Origin: Amoebophrya sp. A120
Taxonomy: Eukaryota; Protista; Dinoflagellata
Assembly (NCBI GenBank): GCA_905178155.1
Contig: CAJINV010000001.1
Span: 10,404,240 to 10,468,239 of the forward strand
Direction of reading: 5' to 3'
Length of the DNA stretch: 64,000 nt
The notes beneath the pieces were generated by a model. The model was not told the origin of the DNA. It saw only the letters and a list, made by a program, of their open reading frames with translations, and did not search any database. Made by a program: the position numbers and the translations under genes. Shown in pieces: positions 37,889-50,398 of the stretch. Position 1 is the stretch's first letter, and every line of letters begins with the position of its first letter.

Positions 37889-40170
37889 ATGCTGCTCGTT
37901 CGCACAGGTTCCTCTCGTTCCTGTAGCTCATCTTCCTCGTCTTCGGCTGGTGCCTACGCGAGGGCCCGAGGATGCACAAGCGCGCTACAAGATCCCCAGC
38001 ATGCAAAGAGCGTCAGATGCTTCTGGGCGGGGGCGTCTGCAAGCTGCAACAACCCAAGCTACGTGTCTGCCCGCGATTCCCACGTGTGTTGGCGACGCAG
38101 GTTCGATTTAGAGCAGGAGGAGGTAGCGTTTGCATATTCTCATCTCGACACCACTTCCGCTGGTGCGTCAGGTGGTGCAAGAACATACCACGGACATGCT
38201 GAGGTTGGAGGTGGAACCACGCCGACCACGGAAGGTTGCCTCGGAGCAAAAGTATTGCCAGATCCAGCTCCAGCTGCAATGCCACCTGATAAGCCGGTCT
38301 TCGACGACTCAATTGTCGCCGCAAACGGTAACAGCTCCAGCTCCATGTCATCCCTTGCCGATCTGTCGCCCCATTCGTCCATTGACGAGAATCTGATGGA
38401 AAAGGTGATGCTAACGTGGAACAATACTGACCCCACCAGCAGCACCCTTGGCGACCCCTGGGTTGTCACCCAACTAGTGACGGACGGGTTCTACACCCTC
38501 CACGACTCCCTTGGTCTCTCCTGGCCGGCGACGATTGTGGCCGGCAGTTTTCTTTTGAGAATCTCCGTTCTCGCCCTGCAGCTCCGCGCAAGGGGCAACA
38601 TGACGAAGGTGCAGAAGCAGGTCGAGGGCGCCGGAGACTTGCAGCGAAAAGCGTCACGGAAGGCCAACGCCGGGGACAGTGAGGGCGCCGCGAGGCTGAT
38701 TTCCGAAGCGCAGCGATTGACCCGGGAGGTGAAGCGGGCGAAGATCAAGTACGGCATGTTCGGCGTCACCTGGATGGGCTCCTACGTCAGTGCCATGGCC
38801 GCGCTCCGCCGCATGGCGTACGAGCCTTGGAACCACCCGAGTTTCGCAACGGAGCAAGCCTTCTGGTTCCAAGAGAGCCTCGCCTTACCGGATGGAGTTG
38901 TGCTGCCGAGTCTAATCGCTGCCCTGGCATTGTCCATGTTGCGCTGCGTGTACTACCCCCTGCTGGAGCAGAAAGGTAAATGTATGATGACTTTGAGTTT
39001 GCGCTTGCTAACCTCAACGACGACGTCGAGGTGTAATTGTAAATGCTAAACTGCATGAGTGACTACTCACTTGACAAAGCAATCGCGTCAAAGACAACAC
39101 CACAGCTCGCCAAGGCCCGGTAACAGTTCTCGGCCAGCCAGTGGACCTTCAGTCTTTCCTTCCTCTCCTCCGCCCGTTCGGGGTCACCGTTTGCGGCGTG
39201 TACGTTGCTTTTCTCTCTCCGTACTTCAGCGCAGGAAATACACTGTTCTACCTGTGCATACTATCCTACCACGGCCTGCAGCGAATCTTCGAGCAGTCAG
39301 GTTTTGCCAAGACGTATCTCTTGGGCGAAACAGCGGGGGCCACTGATAGCGGAGCTGCAATAGAGAACCGTGGACGGCAGGTACATTGATTCAGGAGCTG
39401 GTGCACGGACTATTCATTCGGTAGTTCTGCTTGTGGCTTAGCATCTACGTGTGGGTAGTGAGGGTGTGTGCGTGACTCAGACTGAGATTGACGAATCATA
39501 ATATTCCCAGGCAATTGCGGCTTCCGGTCTTAAGACCCACCGGTCGAGACTGACTGGCGCGCAACCGACGTCTTCGAATCAAGAAGACACGGAGCAGCAG
39601 GTGGAGCATCCTCCGATCTCCTCGCCACTGGCTGCCTTTATGCCTCTTTCCATGAATTGGAACAAGCGGGGGCGCTATCTTCCCGGCGGTAACGCCGGGG
39701 CCGACTCCAAGCCCGCGAGCTCCTCGCTGAGTGTGCCACTGGCTCTGCGCTACGACGTGAGGGCCGCCCATCGCGTGCTAGAGGAGCAGTGTGCGAAACT
39801 GCAGCTTCAAGGGGACGCGCTCGAGAAAGAACGGCACCTGTTCAAAACCAGTAGGCTCTGGCAGCAGCTGTTCACGATGTACCAGAAGACCTGTGAACGG
39901 AAAAGCCGCCACATCAAGACCTTCGCCTTCCACAAAAACCACTACCAGGGCTCGTGCAAAAAAGCGGCACTCTTCCATTTGCGGCAGCGCATTCTGGGCT
40001 ACACGGCGGCCGCGACATCGCCGGAAACCATTCCTGCCCTTGTGCGAAGTCGGAATCGTCCATTGATCACAGCGCGGCCCAGGGAGGCGCCACTCTTGCG
40101 GGGCGCACAACTGGCCGCCGCTCCAGAGGTGGCTGCACATGAAAGTGCAATGGCAGGCGCAGGATATTAA
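37889..40170 (+). CDS. Oxa1/YidC/Cox18-family membrane protein insertase (3 exons)
   Basis: TLHDSLGLSWPATIVAGSFLLRISVLAL and AFWFQESLALPDGVVLP match the Oxa1 patterns GLPWW..I...T...R and LWF.DL...D...LP. The Ser/Arg-rich N-terminus resembles a mitochondrial presequence. Two GT-AG introns. Confidence 0.75.
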
Positions 40171-40674
40171 TGTTCGCAGAAAATTAAACTGGACGATGTA
40201 ACATCTTCGCGCCTTTCAATTGCAATGACGCCGGTGTCACTTAACAATACAAATGCAAGCTGCCAAGTCTGTCAGTGAGCGCGCATCTACTTTGCAGATT
40301 TTGTCTAGTCTAAAACGGGAATACGAAGTAGAGCTCCGTTCCTCTACTATCTCGTCCGTTGTTCATACCTCCTATTCGTGAGATAGTACTTCGTGTACAA
40401 GTACCCTGACTGCATTGGCAGTGCATGTGAGAGCTAAGGGGCGGGAGATGTAGAGTGTGTGTGTACAGAGAACGAGGGTCCTGCTTAAAGGTTGAGGTTG
40501 TCGGGATTGTCCGACTCTTGAGCGAAAATTTCAATTTGCAAGGCGCACATGCAACCTGACTGTGTCCTTTTGCCCCGGGGGCGTGTTGCTCGCATGCATG
40601 GCGCACGGGACCTTGATCATGACAGGTCGGAGTCCTCTTAGTTTCGTTTCTTTTGCAATCACTGTGGCGGAGCG

Positions 40675-42736
40675 ATGGCTTCGTCGCCAATCGACTCCGT
40701 CGGCGGGGCCGTGACTGCCAATGACGACAGTGCCAAGGAAGCCGTGACCGCCATGCAGTCCCCCGAAGTGGCCGACAAGCCGGCGTCGCCGGATGCGCCG
40801 GCCGGTGCGGCGGCGGCGCTCGAGGACATCGAATTGACCGAGGAGAGCCCAAAGGCTGCAGCGGCGGCAGAACCAACTCCGGCTGACAGCACAGCTGGTG
40901 GAGGGGCTGGGGCTGGATCATCAGCAGATGTCCAGTCAGAAGACCACCCCTTGATCTTCATCGCGGTCAACCCTTCGTCGGGGAACAAGAAGGGAGCGGA
41001 CTACGTCAAGGTGGGGGAGCCCATCGGGGAAACCGGAGTGCGGAAACTGGACTTGGACGTACAGGTAAACAACGCGAAAACGGTGACGCTGCTGATTTTC
41101 AACATCAAGGAAGGAAAGCCGAGCAACAAGCCCGGGTTCCAACACCTGAAGCGCGTGGTCGAGGCCAGCAGTCTTGATTTACCCACAAGGATAATCGTCG
41201 CGGGAGGGGACGGAACCATCACGTGGGCCGTGGAAGAGATGGATGCGCATGGGGTATTAGAACGATGTTCTTAACTTGATGTTTTTCGTGGTTACCAGCT
41301 GTTCTTGTTTCATCGATTGCGAAGTGCTGCCCTTATCTAACTATTTTTGTTGGTTCTTCGCAATCACCCCCAGATTCCCTCCGAGCAAGTCCTTCTGGGT
41401 GTGAAAGCCTTTGGCACGGGCAACGACTTCAGTCGAAGCTACAACTGGGGTAAGGGAAGTCCCAGCGACGTGATTGGGGGTTCGACCTTCAAAGTGCTGA
41501 AAAAGGATGTCTCTATGTGGTTGACCGCGAAGACCGCACCGCACGACATCTGGGGATTGGAAATCGAGACGCACGAGGGCGGGAATTTCAAATACGTCAC
41601 GGGCTACAACCAGAAGGGCATCAACGACGGCCTTTGCGCGCAGCACCGCATCGTGGATGTGGACGGAGGGGGGAAGAAGTCGACGAAAACCATGTGCAAC
41701 TACTTCTCATTCGGGCCAGAATCCAGGGTGGGCATGGGGTACTGTTGATAAGGTGATTTCTTAGAAAATTTCCATATGCAGCACGATATTGCTCTAGTTA
41801 TAGCCTTGTTAGTCCTCTTAATAGGCTCAGAAATAGAGAATCGGCGGAGCTTGCGTATCTATTAATTCTAACAGCATGGAGCGACGGCGAAAAGCGAGCT
41901 GGGCCGGCAATCAGCTGATGTATGGTTTCTCCGGTTTATCGACGATGTGCTGCAAGAAGAGTCCAAAGCTGAAGGATGTGGTTACCAACGCCGTAGAAAC
42001 CCTTCCGGATGGAACACCAAAGGTTATTTTTCAAACCGACACCCCACCACCGAAAAAGCCCACAGACCCTCAACCCGATGGGCCATACCTGCGGCGGTGG
42101 CCAGCGACGTTCGCAATCCTGAACACGGACACCATGATTGCCGGTCAGCACATCTGGGACCGCACCGGCGCGCGACTGGCGGTGAAGGGGGAAGGAGAGC
42201 AGAGAGAGACGCTGATGCAAGGAGTCCACAAGATGGGCGACGGGAAACTGAACATGATGACCTGGCGGACCATGCAACAGTTCAACTGCGACGCCGTCTG
42301 CGGGCTCTGCTGCAGCTGCGTAAAACAAGAACTCCACTTTTCCTCGTGCATGATTTCGTTGTTGGTGTTGTATATTTGCATGCTGAAGTTCTGTTCCACA
42401 AGTTGATGTTGAGGATGAGGACTACGGTGCTTAGGATATGCCTTTTTTTGCGGCGGAACTTAGGAGTAAGTTCAAGCTGCCGAAGCAGAAATGTCGTGAA
42501 GTGGAACACGATACAACGAAAAACAGGTATGCTGTGGCTTGCGCGGTAGCAACCGCCTTGCGAGCATCGGGAATCCCGTGACCATCAACTTCCGGGACAA
42601 GGAGCAAGCCAACTACCGAAAGGAGGGGCGGATCTACATGCAGATTGACGGGGAGTACTTCATCTGCCAGTATCCAAAGGCCATTAGGATCAAGCACCGG
42701 GAAAAGTTGCATGTCTTGGACAACCGCTCCAGTTGA
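40675..42736 (+). CDS. Diacylglycerol kinase (DAGKc + DAGKa), 4 exons
   Basis: FIAVNPSSG, RIIVAGGDGTITW, FGTGNDFSRSYNWG, MCNYFSFG and YMQIDGE. Three GT-AG introns keep the frame. Confidence 0.92.
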
Positions 42737-43891
42737 GCTGCAAAATGAAGACATGGTGCGTGATTCGGGGATTCCCACCACTTCAACTTCTGCGCGCACA
42801 CTACACAGAAGTGAAGACGAAGAGACACTACATGCTCATGCACTTGCATGTAGTTGGGGTTTCTGAAGAAAGTTCGAAGTAAACTACACAGGTTTCATCT
42901 TGGTTGTGAGCAGAAGTAATAATTGGAACTACGATCATAACAGAAAAGGTCACTCTCACTGCGAAAGCCTGTTGCTGCTGCAGAGGCAACGAACGAAGGT
43001 TAACCTGGTCGAATCCAAGCTGAATTCGAATTGTAGAATTGATAGCTTTTTTTATTGATAGTAGTGATTATGATGCTGAAGATGCAACAGCGTTGCTCTT
43101 GGCGGCTCCTGGTGTGCTGAAGTACCAAGAAACCTTTTGGCAAGGAGAAAATCAATACTATGTATACCGAGGTCGGTAGTTTCACAGCATTGGAGTTGCT
43201 ATGCTGTTGTTCGAAAAAATGAAGTAGGCGATGAAAGACTTGTGCTCGCTCCGTGTCTTCTCTTGGTGATTTGCCTACAGATCTGTTTTTATCGAGGCTT
43301 CCGAAGTCGACCCGTTTCTGTGCATCTGGTTATCATTTTTTATTTTTTTGTAAGAAAAAGAATTGGCGCTCAACCTCATCGCTTTGAAAGGCTCGCACAA
43401 GATCCAAAATTGCAATTAAATTTTTTGATCCCCCAAAGCAAAACCGTCGATCACACAAGATCTGCTCTTCCATGGTGTGAATTGGAGTTCATACATGATA
43501 AGTACCTTTTTGGGTTGAGGATTTTCCGTTTTGAACTTGTGATGTGCCTCCCCATTTCTGTCCCAGGCGCGGCAATATTAAAGAAATATGAATACTTATC
43601 TGCGAGCTACTAACTAGGCGAAGTAACGTCAGGGTTACCACTTGACTTCAGCGATTTGTCATATTTTTCTAGTGAAGTGTCTTTGTTTTGGCGGTTATAA
43701 GTAGCAGTTGAAGGCTCGAACTTCTATCCTATCGAGTGGGCGACTATCTAGAGATTTTCACGACACTTTTCCTTCAAATACTTACCAGTAGAGGTAAAGG
43801 TAAAGACTTCACGATTAACCCGATAGTAATACTGTGGAAGTTCTGGATCAACTTATTCCCACGCCACCCCTACCCCTAGGAACCGAAAGCC

Positions 43892-45815
43892 ATGAATCAC
43901 GACGACATTCTGTGCACCTCCATCCCCTCGGAGGAGGGCAAGCGACGAGATCTGCTGGAAATTGCCAAGCAACGAGCCAAGGGGACCTTTCAGATGCGGG
44001 ATCTGCACAATGCGGAGAAGTTGTACGCGAGATGTATCGAGGTCGCCAACCTCCTAAATGAACCCGATCGACACTTGCTGTACTCCAATCGCGCTGCCGT
44101 CCGATTATTGAAAAGCAAGCACCAGCTCGCCCTGGACGATTGTGAGGCCTGCATGGATATGGATTGCAAATATGTCTGGGTCTGGAAGATTGCCAGGTTT
44201 GTCATGCATATTTTGCATAACCAATGATGCCTGTAATGCATGACCTAGCATCACAGATTTTTAAATGGCATTCTGATGCGTATTCCGCATGACAAATGCC
44301 ATTTCCGCGTAGCCCAATTTGAATCCTCTTGCTGGTCATGCAATACAGGTTTCTTTAGCATCCAAATGCAGCATCACATCAAGTTTGGCTCTTCCAGACC
44401 CAGACATTTTTGCATTTGATAATGGATCTAGACGCGGCTTTCATCAAGGCGCACTTTCGTACTCTTTTTTTCTTTCTTCCTGTGAATTTGTCTAAGATAT
44501 ACCATAGGTAATATTGCATCCTGGAACAAAAATAGATACTGTGGTAGAACAATGCGGCATAGGATAAGAGGAAGATCTAGAATTTTCGCACCCTTATATA
44601 TTGCTAAGCTCCTTCCACAAGCACAAACACACCACAGGTAAGTGTCAAGCACTTGTGGGCCTTGAAAGGTTTGAAGACGCAATTTCAGCGGCGAAAACAG
44701 CCCTAGAAATACATCCGGGAAACAAAGATCTCGTCGATATTCAGGGCACGGCGGAGAAAAAGTGGGAGGCGCAGAAAGCAAAACCCGATCCGGAAAAGCC
44801 CACCTTTGACGACTACCGACCGGTCCGTGTAGAGCCCGCCAGCAAAGCCGCAAAGGGAGGAGATGGTAACCCTAACTTATTTCGACGCTGTTCCTTTACT
44901 TAAATGGCGGCTCTAGTACTGTTCGTCTTCGTTTCTGGAAATCGAAATGACTCGGGCAGGCGTACCCCTGCTCCTGTCCAAGATAAATAGATTCGCTTGG
45001 AACTTGCTCAGAAAAACCCCTCCCATGTCCACCCACAGGCTCTGCAGAAGGCGCAACGAGCTCCACCGATTCAGCTACCAAGGCGGATGAGATGAGGGGA
45101 TACAAAAAGACCGCAGACGGTCGCACAACGTCCTACTTTCACACCGAACTCGACGAAAACGCAAAGAAGTTGATTGGTGACTGCAAGCCAAAACAGATTT
45201 CTGCAGACGCGCAACTCGGCAACAAGACAACCTCAGCAGGAAGTGCATGGAATCAAGCAGGTACTTCTACGCGTGTGGTTTTGCAAAGATGTCGTCCATG
45301 TGTGACAAGTACGACCATCAGTGGCTTTGATGCTGATTGTTCTTGCAACTGAAAATAGAAACTCGAACCATTCCAACCAATCGATGCTAGGTACTTTTGA
45401 AGAGCGCGATTACACGAAGTGGTTTTCCGAGGAGGTCCGAAAGGAGGTGAAGGGCAAGTTCCAGGTGCCAGACGAGGCCAAGACGCTGTCCTTCTCCGTC
45501 ACGGATGTGAGCGGCAGCGCGCAAATCACGTCTTCCCGCGGAAAGGTACGGTACATCCACGACAGCACCATTGAACTCAAGTGGAAATTCCCGGTAAACG
45601 AGGACCACACCGAGTACTGCAAGGGTACGATCACCTTCGAGTCCGACGGAGCGGGCGACTACGACATCAACTACGCCTGCACGGAAAAGCAGCACATGGG
45701 AAGAGGCGTCGTCGACAAACACGTCAAAGGCGACGCGTCGACGCTGGTGAAACACATAAGAGAAAAACTGCAAGTCGTGGAGGGGAATTTCAAAGCACTG
45801 AATCCGTTCAAGTAG
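43892..45815 (+). CDS. TPR-repeat + Aha1 N-terminal-like Hsp90 co-chaperone, 5 exons (first interruption is a MITE)
   Basis: TPR segments AKQRAKGTFQ..LYSNRAAVRL..ALDDCEACMDLDAAFIKAHFRKCQAL, then MRGYKKTADGRTTSYF and SAWNQAGTFEERDYTKW (Aha1_N-like start). Confidence 0.85.
44158..44421. mobile_element. MITE/introner family A copy 3 (264 bp) inside a TPR exon, TSD ATGGA
   Basis: Ends tatggattgcaaatatgtctgggtctggaag ... cttccagacccagacatttttgcatttgata (left terminus degenerate). ATGGA lies at 44153-44157 and 44422-44426. Confidence 0.92.
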
Positions 45816-46189
45816 AATGTGATGAATGTGAAATGAATAAATGTGGTCGTTGCCGCTCCTGTCCTCTTGGAGTTGGATCCCGTACCACGTCGCTCATTTA
45901 AGATGCAGAAAAAAGTTCAACTTTTCAGCATTTGAAAAACAAAGATCTTCGTAATTTGCCGCCATCTAACGGCGTTGACGTTGGCGATTGCGAGACGTCA
46001 CGCCACGTTATGTTCGCGCTCTTTTGCTGATCCCCATCTTGCTCAAATCTCGATCCGGTAAAAATACTATGCCCGTTATAAGTACACGGACTATGCAATC
46101 TAATGGTAATGGTAATGCTATGGACGATCTCTCCCTTTTGCTGATGTAAGTAGATCTTTATTGCTCATACACTTGTGCCGAAGTAGATC

Positions 46190-46310
46190 TTTTTACGGGA
46201 TAAATACTTCGAGTGAAAGCATCGTCAGCAAGATCGGTCTCGTTCATATTCATCGTTCATACATTCATTTACAGCCCCGGCTGGGATTTCTGGATATTTT
46301 TTCAGTTTTC
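46190..46310 (+). repeat. Split direct repeat A1 (121 bp)
   Basis: Matches 58918-59038 with one mismatch (aaatacttcg vs aaatatttcg). Confidence 0.97.
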
Positions 46311-46815
46311 TGGATTTATATCAGACATTGGTATACCATTAGGTCAACCTTCACTCCTTTTTCTGACACCAGGACTTCGGTTCTCGTCGATGAATTAGGA
46401 GAGGAGGGGTGTTTTCTGGAGGGGACACCGCCCTCTCGGATTTCTGTTCGACGATGGTCGTCAGATTGATGAGAAGGATACCTTTGTCACAGTCACGCCC
46501 TGGATAGTAAATCGCGCAAGCGAGCCCCTCGCTACAACCATGTTGTGGCGTTACTAGTAGGCAGCAGGAAGTTTCGTCTTGGAAAGTTTAGACCAAGCTG
46601 GCAATCGTACCACTGTAGGCAGTTCACGGCAGAACTAGCCCTTGTCGCTTCGTTGTTCGACACCAGGCAAGCAGACACTCACAAATAGACACAGCAAACA
46701 AGCAGAGAGCTCCAGAGCTGAGACATGGAGCGGAGATACCACGACGCACGAGAGAACGCACTAGTACACTCAAATTTCCCTTCCTATCTCATGACTAGAA
46801 ACAGCTTAGCACAGA

Positions 46816-47885
46816 ATGCCCCGCCACGTCGGGTACTCGCCGGGCCTTGAAGGCTCGGTGCTGTCGCCGGTAGTAGACATCCGAAAGACCAAAGCAGAAC
46901 TATGGCAGCAGTCAGACAAATCGATGAGTCTGATAAATTTTCCGGCCCCGAGAATACACACGGACTACATGTGGCAGGGGAGAGCTGTAGGAGACGGCAG
47001 GCCACTGCCAGACTTTCTGCACAGGACACCAAGGGCAGCATACCTCCCACCAGTAAAGTACGAAAACAGCAATCCACTGAAAGCGCAGGTGTACGCAGTG
47101 CATGCCAAGTGGATACCAGAGCCCAAGGACGAAAAGATATGGGCGAAGCTAGGAGCACCAGAGATTTTTGGTACAGATTAACCCCTTTTTTAGCGGATGC
47201 ATTCATAAAACTGCATGACGCGAGCACATGACACATGTACACATATTATCCCTGGCCAACAACTCTTCAGGTTTGCCAGAAGCTTTCTTTGAAGTGGAAG
47301 TGATCTTGCACACGCAGTACAGTGCGAGGTACGGATTGGCGGAGCAGATGTTCGTGTTGCCCAAGATGATCTGCCCAGTGGGAATCCTGTGGATGCAAAA
47401 GCTGACTTTCACCCGAGAAAGAGACAGACTGAAAGCCTACGAAGCAAAGTTCCAAACGGAACGAAATTACACAAGATATAAAGTTTTCATGCACAGCGAC
47501 CGCTTGTGCAAAGAGTTAGAAGAGGATATAGAGTCCCTGTACAACATAGAGCTAGAAACATCCATCTGTGATCAAACAAAGAGCAATCTCCTGGGCGGAT
47601 TTGTATGCCTTCTCCGGCTCGCAACGAGCGCGACAGATCTTCAACAGGCATTTCGTAGAGCAGCACCAGATGCACGAAGCGTGCATACGAAGTTTCAATT
47701 ACGACATCAGCCCACCCCCGCCGTGCACTTTCTATTGTCATGGCAGATCAAATTTAGCTTTCAGAACAAGGGTGAGAATCTCCGAATTAACCACCAGGAT
47801 CAAAAAGGAAAAAATCGAAAAACCGGACGGACAGCTAGCGGATGAGTATAGCATTGATGTGGATGTTGAGTCAGATACAGACTAA
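46816..47885 (+). CDS. Element accessory ORF-A, unknown function
   Basis: ORF 46816..47181 joins the 47228 frame via GT-AG intron 47171-47270. The 3' end is either 47845 or, with a frameshift, 47885. Confidence 0.55.
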
Positions 47886-48092
47886 TCGCAACTTTCCAAA
47901 ACCAGTCAGCGACTGCTTCCTCCTAGTATAGAAGCGGCGTCCACGTAGATACCAAAATCTAACGAAGAAAACTAGTTTTAGTATAAGAAAAAGCAGTAAG
48001 TTTAGTGCACAACTAGCAACAAGAAATTGTTTGTCAGCGATTCAGCCACCTTAGGTTTTTAAGTTTCACTTTGACCCCAAGCAAAATCGAAA

Positions 48093-48938
48093 ATGAGTGG
48101 CATCAGCCACGACGTCTCCATCAAGAATTGCGACACAATGCGTGTCGGAAAATGTGATAACTTAGTTGATTTGGCGAGGAAGCAGGGAGCTAGCGTCATG
48201 AACTTGCTTGAGGACATTGTCAAGAATGGTGGCAAAGATGATGTAGGATCTAACGCTGCCGGGATCTTCATGAATGATCTTACTTCTAAACACAGCTCCC
48301 ATTTAGGTGTCGACGGAACCCGTGTTCCGACTCTGTCTGAAGGACAGAGCCAGAAGCTACTGCATGTGTACAGGTCTTTGGCGCAGTTCGCTATCACTAC
48401 TGTGATCCCGGCGCTCAGTGCTAAAGTCGCGGCTTATAGTGAGTTGATTGACGAGTTGTGGGTGGACTTAAACCCCACCACGGTGCAAACTCTCTTCCCG
48501 AACTGGATGACTTTCTGTGCCGAATGTGCAGCAAAAATATATTTTTTGCGAGGTAAGCTTGCCTTGCCAGAGCTGCAGATGTCCCAAGAGCTTAAGCATT
48601 TCAAGCATGTGTGCATCAAGCGTAGGACGGACGGCATTACTACCTCCGGGTTCGTCCCGGTCGTGGGAGGACAAGCCACCGGAACCACAGCTACGGAATT
48701 AGCATCCCAGTTAACTACCCATCTCTCCAAAGAGCCGTACTTCATTGCGTACGATGACGAAGAGTTAGAAGATTTAGGAGAAAAGGTGTTGAATTTAGCG
48801 AAGATGTATTCCAAGACAATGGATGAAGAAATGAAGAAGAAGTATGAGAAAGCCGGACGGTACGCATTCGGACTGCCCGGTGCGCAGTCGTCCAGCTCGG
48901 GCGGATCCTCTTCTTCCTCTAGCAAGGGAGGAAAGTAA
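48093..48938 (+). CDS. Element accessory ORF-B (281 aa, intronless), unknown function
   Basis: Clean ATG ORF with helical, protein-like composition. No motif recognised. Confidence 0.7.
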   Translation: MSGISHDVSIKNCDTMRVGKCDNLVDLARKQGASVMNLLEDIVKNGGKDDVGSNAAGIFMNDLTSKHSSHLGVDGTRVPTLSEGQSQKLLHVYRSLAQFAITTVIPALSAKVAAYSELIDELWVDLNPTTVQTLFPNWMTFCAECAAKIYFLRGKLALPELQMSQELKHFKHVCIKRRTDGITTSGFVPVVGGQATGTTATELASQLTTHLSKEPYFIAYDDEELEDLGEKVLNLAKMYSKTMDEEMKKKYEKAGRYAFGLPGAQSSSSGGSSSSSSKGGK

Positions 48939-49076
48939 TTTCATACAATTTAGTTTGGGTACATGTGTGAGAGTGGACGCCGCATGTATGTGTTAAAAAT
49001 AGCGATTAGCAGCTAAGCGCAGCCTTTAAAATATCATTTTTATTTTTAGAAACATCACCTTCAGTAAGATTCTACA

Positions 49077-49980
49077 ATGGGACGCTGCAGCTCCAGAGCG
49101 GACGAGCAGCCTACAGCTCAAGGGAGTGCAGTCTCCAGCGATGATGAAAGCGATATCATTGGTACAGTTTGGATGCTGCTGCTAAACTCTCATCTTCACA
49201 TCAATGAAAGTAGTACACGCAGACACATACTAGCCCGCATTCACCCAATTTCAAATCAGATACAACATCCGATAGCACGAACCACGAGCAAGACACGAGA
49301 GAGCGATACGGTTTTGGTCTGATCCGGAAAAAACCAGAAAAGTATAGAATCATACATGAGTTTCACAGTTCCTGATGCCTTTCTGTGGGCAGATGCTTTT
49401 AGTGGTGCATGCCTGCCTTCCATCAAATACATTTCGACACACCATGCAGGTTTGATATCATGTCGACGCTCGGAAAACCAGCTGAGCACGTACTGACAAA
49501 AACCGAAAGAGCAAATGCTTTATCGACGATGATAGCACATGCGATACTATCTCAATGCTGCCGGACCAGCGGAACAGTCGAAAGAGCCTTCTTCGGGAAA
49601 ATGATACAAGACACAATAGAGGCGCGGTTCATATTAGTTTCCATGTCTGGCACGAGTGCCAGGATTTACATCACACTCATGATGGACACCAGCACGCGAT
49701 GCAAGTTAAATGCACACCACCAAAATACATTTCCCAGGTTCGTACCCTGATGGACATCCAGAACATACACCCGCTGATTCAAAATTTCTTGCGGACAACT
49801 ACCTCCCCAGTGGCGGTGCACGAAATTCCGAGGCCAGGACTGCGTTATTACGAGTCGGGAAATGTTTTCTGGTCTACGACAGAAAAAGAATTCTTGACAT
49901 ACGTAGTGAGTGGCTCTATGAAAAAAGGGTGCAAATACAAATTGACAGCACCGGCAGAAGAAATTTTAGATGGAAAGTGA
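49077..49980 (+). CDS. Element accessory ORF-C (4 exons), unknown function
   Basis: Introns 49162-49259, 49342-49449 and ~49637-49737 link four open segments in frame. Starts MGRCSS. Confidence 0.55.
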
Positions 49981-50398
49981 ATACTCGAACCCGAGAACGC
50001 AGCTGATTTGAAACAAGAAAAACTTTTAATGTAGCTGTGCATGTTGCTACGGACCACAAATCAAAACCCTCACCACCGGCTACGTAAGCCTGCCAGCTTG
50101 TTTCATTCAAGCTTGATGTTGAATTCTCTACGGCACAGCGTCTAAACGTGGTAGACTGTCTCTCCTGGTTTTGAAGTTGCAAGATGTCAGCTCGCTCGTC
50201 GAAGGTGCGGCACCACACAAGGCAGACATAACAGCACATACAATAGTATACAGAGCCATCAGTGTCAGTGTGTAAGATCCGGAAATCACAGTTTGAGTTG
50301 CGTTTCGTGCGTGCCCGGAGCTCCCATGTGACCCTCTCCATGAAAAAAGCCTTAGCGGCAGTTACCTGCGTGTAGTTGTTTTAGGTTAGTAGTGAAGG

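Noticed and set aside
45968-46009. Hairpin downstream of the TPR-Aha1 gene as a terminator
   Set aside because: Imperfect, no U-tract, eukaryotic context; could be chance.
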